NCBI RefSeq assembly: GCF_001194135.2
Contig: NC_068986.1
Span: 109,951,243-110,008,962 of the forward strand
DNA: 57,720 bases
Source of the DNA: Octopus bimaculoides
Lineage: Eukaryota
Direction of reading: 5' to 3'
Positions 25,658 to 38,034 of this stretch are shown in pieces. Made by a program: the position numbers and the translations under genes. Under the pieces are notes generated by a model, which saw only the letters and a program-made list of their open reading frames with translations, was not told the origin of the DNA and did no database searches. Within the stretch, counting starts at the first letter, position 1. Each line of letters starts with the position of its first letter.

Positions 25658-27085
25658 GCGCATGCATCACCCAGAATGCATTTGGCTTGTCGTTTGTGTC
25701 GGACGTTGGTTTTTGTTTCAGCGTTGAGGGTAGAGGCAATGTACTCAGACTTTAGCGGGTCTGGGTTGTCTTCAGCAGAGAAGGAGATGGTAAGGGTGGT
25801 CATAAAGAAGGACTGAGTGTTGGAGAAGACAAGGAGTTTTGCTGAGGTCACGGAGATGAAGCGAAGGGAGTTAGACTTGGCTCGTCTGAAGGAGTATGAG
25901 GAGATGGTACAGAAGGTGGGAGGGGACGTGAGGCTGTCGCTCCTCAAAGAAATTATGGAGCGGATGGAGAGAAAAACGATCATCTATAAGGTATTCTCGT
26001 TAAAAGGAAAGAAAGGCCGAGCAGGTGGAAGCTGAAACGGAAAAGGCGCCAAGGGAGAAGTCGAAAGAAATAATATACATAACTAAAGGAAGGAAATATA
26101 TTGTCCGATTTAGGACGGTAGAGGAGGCTGGCGAGTGTGGCGGTGAAAACAGAGGAAGTATTGCTTCTGCACACACACCTTGGAAGAAAGACTTCCAACG
26201 TGAGGGTAGAAGCAATTCCACCGGATATAGAAGTGGCTTGGGTAGTGGCAGTTGCCCTTGTTGGAAGCGAGGAGAAGGTGGCTGTCCTCCAAGCCAGAGA
26301 AACAGAAGAAGGAGGGTGGAAAAGAAGGACACTTGAACTAATTATTCAGGCGGTGGAGGTTCAACTGGAGAACATGGCAGAGACGGTGACGTTGGGGGAA
26401 ATCATGCTGAGGGTGTGGGTAGAGGGAAGGTACCATATTGTTTTAAATGTGGTCAAAAGGGCCACATTAGAGCATACAGTCCTCTACAGAGGACAATGGC
26501 TGAGGATACAGTTGTGGAGACGGAAGAGAAAAGAGAAGACAGACAGAGGAAAGGAGAAAAAGGAGGAAGAATGGAAAGTTACAGAGTAGAAGGAGAAAGA
26601 GGAAAAAAGAAAAGACACTGAGTATGATGTGGTACCCCAGTCCAACTCCATCCCACCCAAGACTACTCAGACCCACTCTCTCCATACAGACATCAAACCC
26701 ACCCACCCCATTTCCCCACAAGAAAAAAAAAAGAAAAAGAAAGAACAGACACCACAAAATTTAGAAGACTCCCCCTCCCGGTGAAAAAGGTTACGAATGC
26801 ATGGCGGAGAGAATGATGTCATTTAGTGATGGAGAAAGGGGGAAAAGGATTGGACTGGAGGAGAAAAGGGACTTAGGACCCAGAGGTGGCGAGTGGTGTT
26901 ACTCAGTGTGGGGTGAGTAGCACACTCTTCATAATATAATTTTCAGATATCATTCATATTATCATATTTTAATTTGTTATTCATTATATCATATTTTATT
27001 TTTATATTCTTAATTGTTATATGTCCCGACATGTGTTGTAGTGTCCCCCTCTGTGTAATGCTTTTATGGTGATTTAAAAGAAATA
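25658..27085 (+). mobile_element. ORF1-only (gag-like, zinc-knuckle) Tx1-related retroelement with a 15-bp TSD
   Basis: ORF remnants 25817-26621 are homologous to ORF1 of the 1950-6500 LINE and include CFKCGQKGHIRAYS (CCHC remnant). No APE or RT motif is seen. Flanked by AAGGAGTTTGCTTAC / AAGCAGCTTGCGTAC. Confidence 0.75.
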
Positions 27086-27460
27086 AAGCAGCTTGCGTAC
27101 CAACCACATGGTTCTGGGCTCTGCGTGGTAGCTTGGGCAAGTATCTTCTACTGTAGCCTCGGGCCGACCAAAGCCTTGTGAGTGGATTTGGTAGGCGGAA
27201 ACTCAAAGGAACCCGTCATATATATGTATGTACGTATGTATGCGTGTGTGTGTGTATTTGTATGTCTGTCTTTGTCCCCCATCATCGCTTGACAACTGAT
27301 GTTGGTATGTTTACGTCCCCGTAACTTAGCAGTTTGACAAAAGAGACCAATAGAATAAGTACTAAGCTTACAAAGAATAAGTCCTGGGGTAGATTTGTTC
27401 GACTAAATGCGGTGCTTCAGCATGGCCACAGTCAAATGACTGAAACGAATAAAAGAAAAG
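27086..27460 (+). mobile_element. SINE family B, right part
   Basis: CCAACCACATGGTTC..GGGCAAGTATCTTCTACTGTAGCCTCGGGCCGACC through ..ATGACTGAAAC. Confidence 0.88.
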
Positions 27461-29129
27461 AATAAAACATATCTTAGACACAGTAAGTTTTAAAACTAAC
27501 AACTCATTTACCTTCAAGGAATATATGTATTTCTCTTTCATAACATTGGTATTTGACTATTCTTTATCTAAACCTTCACGCAAAAACGGATTAGTTTAAC
27601 ATAGAATTATATTTCAATTAGGGATTTTGATATAAAATCTATTCATGCATTCTTTCTTCCCATAACGTTCTAGATTTAAAGAAAAATGATTGTGGAATGT
27701 TATGAGCTTGTAGGTCTTCATACATCACGTTTAATACAGAAAGATAGTTACTGTCATCGTAGTATAAATCTAGACGACAAGCTCATTATAACATACTGTG
27801 AATGTCCAAGTTTTATATGGTTTTAGAAAAAAATATTTTGACTTCTTTAAAAATCTGCACCTAAAGATTCTTTTTCTTACAAAATTACGCATTGCCAATT
27901 TCTTAGATATTAACTTAAATGACAAAAAAAACAAACAAACAAACAAAAAAAACAGCAAAACAAAAACAAAATGAACAAGTCAACAATAAATACTACCGAT
28001 TTAAGAAGCCAAAGGAAAATTTAGAGTACGTAAGTACCACTTCAAGCCAACTGCCTGCCATTATAAATAATTTAGTGTAAAATGCCTGCATTCGGTTATC
28101 CAGTGTTTCATCTAATACGTCTTTCCTCAACAAAGCATCCCTTTTATTACATTAAAGAGTTAAAACGCAGTGGTTTTAAGGATAAGATTAATTACATAAA
28201 TAATAATAACATTAATGCTTTGACATAGAAAAATAAAGAGCGTAAGATTATTTGGTTTAATGCTTCATTTAGCCTTAATGTGCATACAAATATCGCTAAA
28301 CATTTATTTTATGTATTAGATATTTTCCGAAAAACCGTAGATATTTTAAGATTTTTATAGGAATGATGTTAAATTAGGTTTCAGTTGTGCACAAAATTTT
28401 GATAGAGAAATAGCAAATATTAATATTAAAATATCTTGGACAGCTATCTACATCTATTTCTTCCCGTTTGTGCTATTGTTTTAACTGCGTAAAAATGTCC
28501 ATTAATTTATGCCTTTCAAAATCTACTGTTTGTTATGCGAAAGAATTTACAGTTAATGAGATTAAGTTTGCGAAGATGATATCGCGGTGGACTGAAAATT
28601 ATTTTAAAGCAAAGATTTAATAAACATAAACATGCTTTCAGAAATCTTGAAAGATGTTCTTCAACGAATTTCCCTGAATATATCTAGTTTAAAAAATAGC
28701 AATATCAGAATTGTTAAAATCAGTTAGAAGTTATTAAACTGCACTAAATCATATAGTCAGGAAAAGCACGGATGATGTTTTTGTATTTATGAAAAAATGC
28801 AAAAATATTGATTTGTAAAAGTTCTATCAAAAGGAATATTTTTTGTTGCCACAAATCGAAAGTTTAGTGAAATATCTCGAAATGCGTTACGGTTCAACAG
28901 CATATATAGCTATATAAGTCCAGTGGCTTTATTTTGTTAATGTACAACATATATTCACCGGTTAATTTTTCATATAAAAATGTGTTGTCACTTTACTGTT
29001 TTGGATTGAAAATTAGTAACGCGAAGTTCAGCACAATTTGTGAATATTCAGTTAAATTCAATTTGATCATGTGTATGTGTGTGCACGCGTGTGTTTGTAT
29101 GTCTGTGTGAGTGAGGGGTAGATAGAACT

Positions 29130-30720
29130 CCTGTGTTTGGCAAAGACTAGGAGAAGGTCACTCCGATATAAAACCTGCGACAGAAAATGCATCTAATGAT
29201 GTCAGCTTGCTCTTCTTTTTGGATCATGCTTTGTACTTTAGAGAGTGAGTTGAGTGCTGTGCAAAAGATTTTCCTCACTTTAGAAAGGATGAAGCACGGG
29301 TGTTGCTTTAAAAGAAAAGTAAATGAACATCTTGCATGTATATGGCTGGCCGAAGCCTAAAAAGCACAATTAAACAATGAAAGTCGATATTGATAATGAG
29401 GTAAATGACGCAAAGGGCTCTGGAACATTTTGTTGCATGGTCTGGCCCAGCAGGTGTCCTGGGGGCATCGTAATCTGGGTCTCGTCGTCATCCTGAAACT
29501 GTGGGTAAATTCAGGTTATGGTGCAAGCCTATGAATATTGGATGTTGGAATATTCGAAACTTATTAGACCATGACCTGTTGAAATCTCAACCGGAGAGAG
29601 GATCCGCACTTGTTGCAAAAGAGTCACTACGCTATGAAATGGATGTTGTAGCATTAGTCGAAACAAGAATTCAAGGAGAAAGGAATTTTCTAGAGAAATC
29701 TGCTGGGTGTCATTTATTTTGGAGCGGTCGAGGTGAGACCTGTAAGAGAGAATTAGTAGTGGGATATGCAATTAAAACCACTCTGGCTTCGAAACTTGAG
29801 GGATTGCCTCATGGTCGTTCTGAGAACTTGATGTCTTTCCATTAAGAAAGGGTCACCATACAACCCCCATATGCATTCGTCCGCAGATGATAAACTTGCC
29901 TTCTATCTGTCACTTATAGATATTATCCACAGTATATTTCCAGATGTCAGTCATCGTTTTAGGTGATTCCAGTGTTTGCATTTGAGCAGATTAGGAAACT
30001 TGGGGTTTTTAGGAAAGCATGGGGTTGAGAGCTCCAACACTAACGGTTTACTACTGTTACAAATGTACGTAGAAATGGATCTGTGTGCCATGAACAAAAT
30101 GTTTCAACTAGAAAATAAGTATAAAGCGACATAGATGCATCCTGGATAGAAGAAATGGCACCTTAAAGATTATGTCCTCACTAGGAAACGTGATATCCGG
30201 GACTTTGCTATTGTGCGAGTTGTGCGTGGTGCAGAGTGCTGGATGGACCACAGGCTTTTGCTTGCTAAGGTGAATACTTTTGTCAAGATTAAGGTTAGGG
30301 CAAACAATGTCAATTAACTTAAACGTATCGATGTCGACAAACTTAAGCTATCGTCAGTGCACAGCGATTTTGTGAGTGAGATAAATAAAATTTCCTGTGA
30401 TAGAAGCTGAAATTCGTTCAAAGACTTCATGGCGTTTGTAGTAACATTCTTGGTTTTCTTGTGAAAAAGTACCAGGATTGGTTTGACGATAATGATAAAG
30501 AAATTGGTCTTATCTTAGAGGAGAAGCAAAAGGCATTCAAGATGTTGCTAAATGTTGACTTTTCAACAAACAGGAAAACAGCGACACATTTTAAAGAAGT
30601 AAAGGCAACAATGCAGATGAAGCTGATGATGCAGGAAAATTAGTAAAGTGATAGATGCGATGAAATCCAAGAGGCTTCAAATGCTAGTAATTCAAAATTT
30701 CTTTCCTCCCTCTTAAATAT
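29130..30720 (+). mobile_element. RTE-type LINE 5' fragment (APE endonuclease region), decayed
   Basis: IGCWNIRNL, PERGSALVAKE, ALVETR, FWSGR, VGYAIKT, DYVLTR, DHRLL and QDWFDDND. The 5' boundary is approximate. Confidence 0.85.
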
Positions 30721-30949
30721 CTATGCTCTACTTCATAGCAAACACGGCACAAACATGGTACAAACATGGTACAAAAAGGAAATAAAAATTAGAGGGAGAT
30801 AACACATAATAAAAGAAACAAAAGAAAGTAAATCAACTTACTTTTCCACTGAATTACGGCGTATAAGAAAGTTTAGTTTAGGATAGTTTTATTAATGAAT
30901 GATTGTGATGGCTTTGCTTGAATCGGTGTATGACGACTACGAACTTTGT

Positions 30950-31450
30950 TAATAACGATTGTATGCAAAAAGCTGTGTAATGCTTTATTAAATTTTCCTT
31001 CGTTCCACGCAATTATGACCTGGAAACAGAAATCAGGAATTGGTAGGACTACCAGGAAACCTGCCGCTATTAAAAAATAAGAGACAATCTAACAGTGACT
31101 ATAGACAAGCCCAACAGAATAAGGATATGGAAACTCATAGAATTCGCTGTGATACAGAAGTGAGAGCATCGGAACAGAGCAGGGATATGCTAGCTCGCCA
31201 AATAATACGGAGAAACCCTCGTGAGAGTTCGGAACAGAGCAGAGACTTAGCTCACCAAGTAACACGCAAAAAGCCTCAAGCTTCAAAACAGATAAAAAAA
31301 CACTCTAGCTCACCGAAAATCAAGACGAGTGCAGTTTCCTATAAAACTGGCTTTTTTATTCACAGCCAACTGGGCAGCACGGGTCTAGACTTTAGATCGT
31401 GTAGGTTTATTTTTACCGACTCCGATGTTTACATATGTTGCTATGAGTAG
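30950..31450 (+). mobile_element. Possible Helitron RepHel N-terminal fragment
   Basis: ORF 31040..31450 has two imperfect repeats (ASEQSRDMLARQ / SSEQSRDLAHQ), resembling the E..EQR..RL repeats before Helitron Rep domains. No catalytic motif is present. Confidence 0.3.
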
Positions 31451-31634
31451 AGTAATGGAGTCCAGTAGTTTGTTAAATTAGTGTCGACCACGCACAAAAA
31501 GATCGTCTACATATAATAAATAAAGATATATAATATATATATATATACAAAATTGTGGTTAGCCGGCATATGTAACCGATTTAAGGGAAACACGGTAATC
31601 GACAGGATTTTATATAACTCTTTAACCTTAATTT

Positions 31635-31714
<80 letters not shown>

Positions 31715-33449
31715 TGTGTGTGTGTATATATGCATGTATATATATATGTATATATCTTTATTTATGTATGTCTTCACATGCATACTTATATAAAATATAA
31801 AGTTACACATACTCACAGAGACACACACATGCGAGTTCATACACTCAGACATATTGTTTTCTCTCAGAGAATCAGTGACTACTGTAGTACCATCAAATGA
31901 ACAGGGAAGACTTAACCTATCGATGAGGTCACGAGTTGTAATATATTGTTGGGTGAAATCGTGTTATTCAAGTGAAATAGCCTTGTATTAGTACACGTAG
32001 AACAATTTCTCTCTAAGTAATGTTCAAAAGTATCTGTAGAGCATAGAAAATATATCTTACATTATTTGGTGTACATTCCGAGTTCAAATCTCGTCCAAGT
32101 ACTCTTTACCTTTCCTCTTTCGGAGATCGATAAAATGAATGCTAGGCCCGATGTAATTAGTTCTGCTATACAAGGCATCACCTCAATAAGGTCAGAATCC
32201 AATAACCGAAACCAGTAAAAGAAGAGAAGAATTAAATAATAGTTTGACAGAAGTACAACTTTAAAGAAACTCCACACTCATCGAACAACTACAACAAATA
32301 CATTTACACAACAACAGTTTGTCAGAGTCACGTCATTGATAGAATTTCGAAAGAAAGCAAACAATATATACGGAAGTATTTAGATTCGATATTGGTGAAA
32401 ACTGTCAGAATATCTCTAATATAATAAAATATGAAAATGTAAACTCATAAAACAACGTAAGACTACTTGGCAGACTTTAAAGATGTTATAGCATGGCGTG
32501 GAAGACACGGTGATTGTACAAAAATAGCCACATTTATTGATATTGACAAGCTAAAATGAAAACGACTGCCACTAAAATTGCAAATAGGTGACCTAGCATA
32601 TCTTTATGATAATCGGTAAATCATAACTTCTATCACAGCAATAAATATCAACGAATCTCAAAGTGCTGTACGCCATCGCCAGTCGTCGTCGTCGTCGTCG
32701 TCGTAGCTGTTGTCTTTTATATCAGCCGAAAAGTAAAACTCTAAGTTACATACTCAGCCAATCTGTCAAACATAACTGACTCTATCTAGAAACCATCATA
32801 AAGTTAAAATAGGATATTGGCAAAAGCAGACGATCTGTTTGGATAACGTGGCTGTCAAGAAATGTCAAAGGGCAAAGGCATCCTTGACACCAGACATAAA
32901 AAGCACAACTAACAATCTTTCATATGGCAACATTTTTGAATATGTTACTGTTGAACCTTCTTGTTCGATATTGTCTGTAATCATATTACTAAACGGATGG
33001 ATGGATTCTTTTCATATATTCCAATGAAATTTGAATCAGAAAAACCATGATTATCTGCCCATTTAGTTATATTTGCTAACGTACCATGCACAGACATTGA
33101 TTTTGCATCAATCAGATTAGTAAAGAATTGCTGTGCTATTTTTTTTTGTTCGTTCCTGGCAATCTAGCGGTCTTTTAGTTGTAATTGCGTGTGGTGTACA
33201 TGAGAAACAAAAGAAAACAAAAAAAAAAAACAAGACAATCTTGAAAGTCTAATAGTTGGACGGTTGAATGATTGAATAGTTAGATGTCTGCTTTGTTTAG
33301 TTAAGGCAGGCTGAAACTATAGATACATATGTAAATAGATAAGTATAAACACTGCTCTATGTAGAGTATGAATTCACTTGAAAGAGAAAGAAAAGTGTAG
33401 ACGATCTTATCGGCAATAAGGACAATAAGGAAGCCTCTAATGAACCAAC

Positions 33450-33670
33450 GGAGAAGAATATTTGCGACTGGTCGACGTGCCAGAGATAACAGCCAAATCT
33501 TCCTCCGATAATACCCTAAAGTTATTCAAAAAGAGACATACACTGGATAGTGTTCTAGCCACGGTATATGGAACAAAAGAGGACAAAAACACACATAAAA
33601 CTGAAAAAACCAAATGATCACAGTTATAAGTGTGCTAGATAACAGCTGACCTGGCGTTAAACAGTAATAG
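33450..33670 (+). mobile_element. SINE-like family E copy
   Basis: GTGCCAGAGATAACAGCCAAATCTTCC...GCTGACCTGGCGTTAAACAG. Confidence 0.6.
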
Positions 33671-33744
33671 CCAAATGTATTTGCAAAATTATCATGGAAT
33701 AAAACAGATTTCTATCTTAGCTTCAGATTTGGTACAGCACAAGC

Positions 33745-33925
33745 AATTTCAGAGAAGGTCGATTAGATTGACCCCCTGTTCTCAACTGCTGCATATTTTA
33801 TCGACCCAGAGATTATGAAAGGTAAAGTAAACCTCGACAGAATTTGAAATCAGAATGTAAAGACGGATTGAAATACCGTTAAGCATGTTATCCGGTCTTC
33901 TAACAATTCTGCCAGCTCGTAGCCT
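33745..33925 (-). mobile_element. SINE family A (older copy)
   Basis: ATCGACCC..GAAAGGTAAAGTAAACCTCGACAGAATTTGAAATCAGAA...TTCTGCCAGCTCG. Confidence 0.8.
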
Positions 33926-33942
33926 TTTGCTTCTACAATATT

Positions 33943-34155
33943 CTTTTCTACTCTAAGCACAAGGCCCGAAATTTTTTGGGAGGAGGCCAGTCGAGTAGAT
34001 CGATCTCAGTGCGTAACTGGTACTTAATTTATCGACCCCGAAAGGATGAAAGGCAAAGTTGACCTCGGCGGAATTTGAATTCTGAACGAAAAGACAGACG
34101 AAATACCGCTGAGCTTTTCGTCCGGCTTGCTAACGTTTCTGCCAGCTGGTCGTCA
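33943..34155 (-). mobile_element. SINE family A (A2 tail) with a perfect 17-bp TSD
   Basis: TTTGCTTCTACAATATT at 33926-33942 and 34156-34172. Confidence 0.9.
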
Positions 34156-34275
34156 TTTGCTTCTACAATATTGCAACACAGAACATATTTTTTCAATATT
34201 AACATAAATACAATATAATGCATATATGCGTGTCTGCTTGAACGCCATGCATCCATTTCCAAGTAAGTTTCATCT

Positions 34276-34991
34276 TAATAATTTCGATGCGACACTTTGT
34301 ATCTCTTTCTTTTTCTCTTTCCCTCTCTTCTTTCGTTTCCTCTCTCTTCCTTTCTCTGATTCTTTTTATTTCTCTTTCTCCCCCTTTCGTTTTTTCTCTC
34401 TCATCCCTTCTCTAATTCTTTTCCTCTCCTCTTCGCCGTTCTCTGTCTGTCTCTCTCCTCCCTCTTCCGCATTTGTTCTCTCGTTGCTCGCACATGACCA
34501 TCAGCCATCTTTCTTTTCCTCACTTGAATTTCTTTCTTTCTTTCTGATCAGCCGCAGGGATAAGACGCATTCGTGTCTCCTGTCAGCTCACGTCGTTCAG
34601 GCTTAACAGCGCTTCCTGTTTGTTTTCACTGTCCTGCTTTTGTTACCAACTTTCACCCTCCACAAAATCCCAAATTTTATTTAATTTGCTTTGCGGGAGC
34701 AACTGCTTTGTCGAAAAGGTATCTTGTCGTGAATTGCTCGAAATACGAAGTAGAAAAACATCCGACAACTGATGAAGGGTCGTGTTTTTATGTTGCTTGT
34801 CTTGTTTCCCATTTGTTTCTCTCGTTGTTCGCAAAAAAGTTCGTATTCCATGTTTTCGTATTTCATGTTGTTTACGTACTGTGGTGTCCTGTGCCCATAT
34901 ATGCATGTGTATATGCATATATATGTAAGTATGTACATATAGGTATGTATATATGCATATATATTTATATATTATTTATATCATTATATGA
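34276..34991 (+). mobile_element. Unclassified insertion flanked by 38-bp direct repeats
   Basis: 34238-34275 and 34992-35029 match at 34/38. The interior has a CT-rich tract, a CTGATGAAGG motif (34769) and a TA/TG-rich end. Confidence 0.5.
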
Positions 34992-35023
34992 TTGAAAACC
35001 ACGCATCCATTTCCAAGTAAGTT

Positions 35024-35094
<71 letters not shown>

Positions 35095-35133
35095 ACATTG
35101 TATAAGTGCATATATTTACAGGAACATCAACTC

Positions 35134-35345
35134 AATATAAATATATATTTTCTGTTCCAATAAAAATAGAATATTTATTTATAGCAATGTAATATAAATA
35201 TATATTTCCTTACCTTACAATAATAAAAATAGTATATATGTTTGTCGCTATGAAATAAAAGAAAAGATATTTTCTATATACAATAAAATTGTATATATGG
35301 TTACAGCATTGGAATATACACAAGATATATATTCTCTATATTACT
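35134..35345. repeat. Degenerate AT-rich minisatellite, unit about 58-60 bp, about 3.5 copies
   Basis: AATATAAATATATATTT..C..T.CAATAAAAAT.G.AT.T..T...AGC..TG recurs. Confidence 0.55.
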
Positions 35346-35739
35346 GTATTGATTTCTAAATTATGAACAAGCGCTCATATTCTGAGAAGGGTGTAGACAT
35401 TTATACACGGCCCCAATTTCTGAGACTAGTGCATATATTTTTTTCGTAGCGTTAATGTTGTATTATTCATTCGGTATGTCATTAGCCTATCATATTATTT
35501 TCCTTCATGTTCCAAGGTAGTGTAGTTGCTTCTCTTTCATGTAGCAAGGTAGTATAGTAGAATACAGTGATTCGCTTTTATCTTTGCCTTGTTAAGCTGA
35601 ATATCAGATAGACCGCAAAAAATCTGTTCGGAAAGTTACGCTCATCAATGTTGTAGGGCGTATATTCTGAATTTCATTGGTGAGGTGATTATATTATAGG
35701 TGTGTTTACACACATACATATATAGTAAAATCACCGTTA

Positions 35740-35860
35740 AAAAGCTCGCGTTGCAGCCACGTGGTAACTTGGACAAATGTCTTCTAATATTGCCTCGGGC
35801 CGACCAATGCTTTGTGAATGAATTTGGTTGATGGAAGTTACATGGAAGACGGTCGTATAC
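35740..35860 (+). mobile_element. SINE family B fragment
   Basis: CTTGGACAAATGTCTTCTAATATTGCCTCGGGCCGACC...GATGGAA. Confidence 0.75.
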
Positions 35861-36568
35861 ATACATGCGTATACATATATATATATATATATATANNNNN
35901 NNNNNNNNNNNNNNNNNNNNNNNNNNNNNNNNNNNNNNNNNNNNNNNNNNNNNNNNNNNNNNNNNNNNNNNNNNNNNNNNNNNNNNNNNNNNNNNNNNNN
36001 NNNNNNNNNNNNNNNNNNNNNNNNNNNNNNNNNNNNNNNNNNNNNNNNNNNNNNNNNNNNNNNNNNNNNNNNNNNNNNNNNNNNNNNNNNNNNNNNNNNN
36101 NNNNNNNNNNNNNNNNNNNNNNNNNNNNNNNNNNNNNNNNNNNNNNNNNNNNNNNNNNNNNNNNNNNNNNNNNNNNNNNNNNNNNNNNNNNNNNNNNNNN
36201 NNNNNNNNNNNNNNNNNNNNNNNNNNNNNNNNNNNNNNNNNNNNNNNNNNNNNNNNNNNNNNNNNNNNNNNNNNNNNNNNNNNNNNNNNNNNNNNNNNNN
36301 NNNNNNNNNNNNNNNNNNNNNNNNNNNNNNNNNNNNNNATATATATATATATATATATATATATAAGTTTCAAAGGCTTAACATCAGCACGAAAAGGAGC
36401 GAACGGGAAATTCACACGTAGGACATGATCCTGCTCTTTCATCGACAGTTTCCGTCCAAAACATCATTACAACTCTACGCTTTGTTCCTTTTTGTTGACA
36501 TCATCAGGGAGTAGCTGGTGAGAGTGTTGAGCGAATGCTGATGACAGGGATGAAAACTATACGAATAG

Positions 36569-36800
36569 AAGGCGGCGAGCTAGCAGACACCTGAGCACGC
36601 TGGGCGAAATGCTTAGCAATATTTCGTATGTCTTTAGGTTCTGAGTTCGAATTCTGCCGAGGTCGACTTTGCCTTTCATCCTTTCGGGGTCGATAAATTA
36701 AGTACCAGTTATGCACTGGAGTCAATGTAATCGACTTAATCCCTTTGTCTGTCCTTGATTGTCCCCTCTATGTTTAGCCACTTGTGGGCAGTAAAGAAAT
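36569..36800 (+). mobile_element. Full-length SINE family A (A1 tail) with a perfect 16-bp TSD
   Basis: AAAACTATACGAATAG at 36553-36568 and 36801-36816; ends GTGGGCAGTAAAGAAAT. Confidence 0.92.
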
Positions 36801-37281
36801 AAAACTATACGAATAGGACAGAAGTATAAATGTAGATATACAAACAAAATGAATTATACGTTAAACAAACGAAATAAAAGCTCTGAGACAAGATGAGATG
36901 TGTATATAAGTTACGCAGTGAAAATTATCCTATAGGGCTAGGAAGCTGAAAGATAAGGCGAAAGGTGCATAAAAAAGAAGCCCCGATCAGTGAACGAAAC
37001 GAACTCAATATACAATGCAGAGAAAGCGACAGGCCAGGACTGAACAAGTCAGGGATCGGGCAAAAAAAGGATTTTCAAAACGAAATAATAGCGGGTCACG
37101 TGCTTGTGGGGGTGGGTATGCGGAGAAGCAAAAACGTGTTATGATTTCAAATGTAAGATACCTACCCCTCCACTCTGAAAACAGAAGTCGCATTTACCTA
37201 AGGTTTCTATGCTTCTACTACTGGTTGCATTTTCAGTCTTTGTTTTCACTTTATTTCCATGTATATCCATCCATCCATCCA

Positions 37282-37388
<107 letters not shown>

Positions 37389-37689
37389 CTGTCTGTCTGC
37401 CTGTCTGTCTATCTAGCTATCTATACTTGTATATATTTATAAAAAAATAACGTCGACCACTAACGTGGACAATTAATGCGCTAGAAATAGATCACATCTT
37501 GTGTCTATTAAGACCTAAATTGTTCTCAACATGAAATATAGCAGCATACCAAAAACGTGAGCGGGCAAGACATTTAAAATCACCTAAAAAAGAATTATTG
37601 TAACAACGCCTGGCAAGGAAGATAATTCCCTATTTTAAAAAAAATCCCTCAGACCATCTCAGAATATCACGAACGGGACACGACACTAG

Positions 37690-37890
37690 GCCGTTGCAAG
37701 ATTCAGTTTTGAGTATAGGTGCTAGTAGATTACATCGACCCAGTGCTCAGTTGGTATATATTTTATTGATTTCTAGGGGATGAAGTGTAGAATTGACCTC
37801 AGCGGGATTGGAAATCAGAACCTAAAAAGCTGGAAGAAATGATGCTAAAGAATTTTGTTTGGCCTGTTAACCTTCCTGGCCGCTCGCTGC
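37690..37890 (-). mobile_element. Degenerate SINE family A
   Basis: GATTACATCGACCCAGTG...GATGAAGTGTAGAATTGACCTCAGCGGGATTGGAAATCAGAA. Confidence 0.7.
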
Positions 37891-38034
37891 ATTATCGGAA
37901 GTGATCAGCTCACCAGTTTTAGCATGATTAGCGCATCATTTGATAGGTTTGAGTTTCATTCTTGTAGTAGTTTATTATTTCTAGAATATTATGTCTAATT
38001 ATTTCAGTTAGTTTATTCCTACTAAGTTTTAACT

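Noticed and set aside
1950-27085. Common target sequence for all three Tx1-related elements
   Set aside because: Their flanks differ (microsatellites versus SINE head), and two copies are truncated, so no shared target can be shown from this window.
34769-34790. Hammerhead at CTGATGAAGGG
   Set aside because: No stem II closure or GAAA follows.
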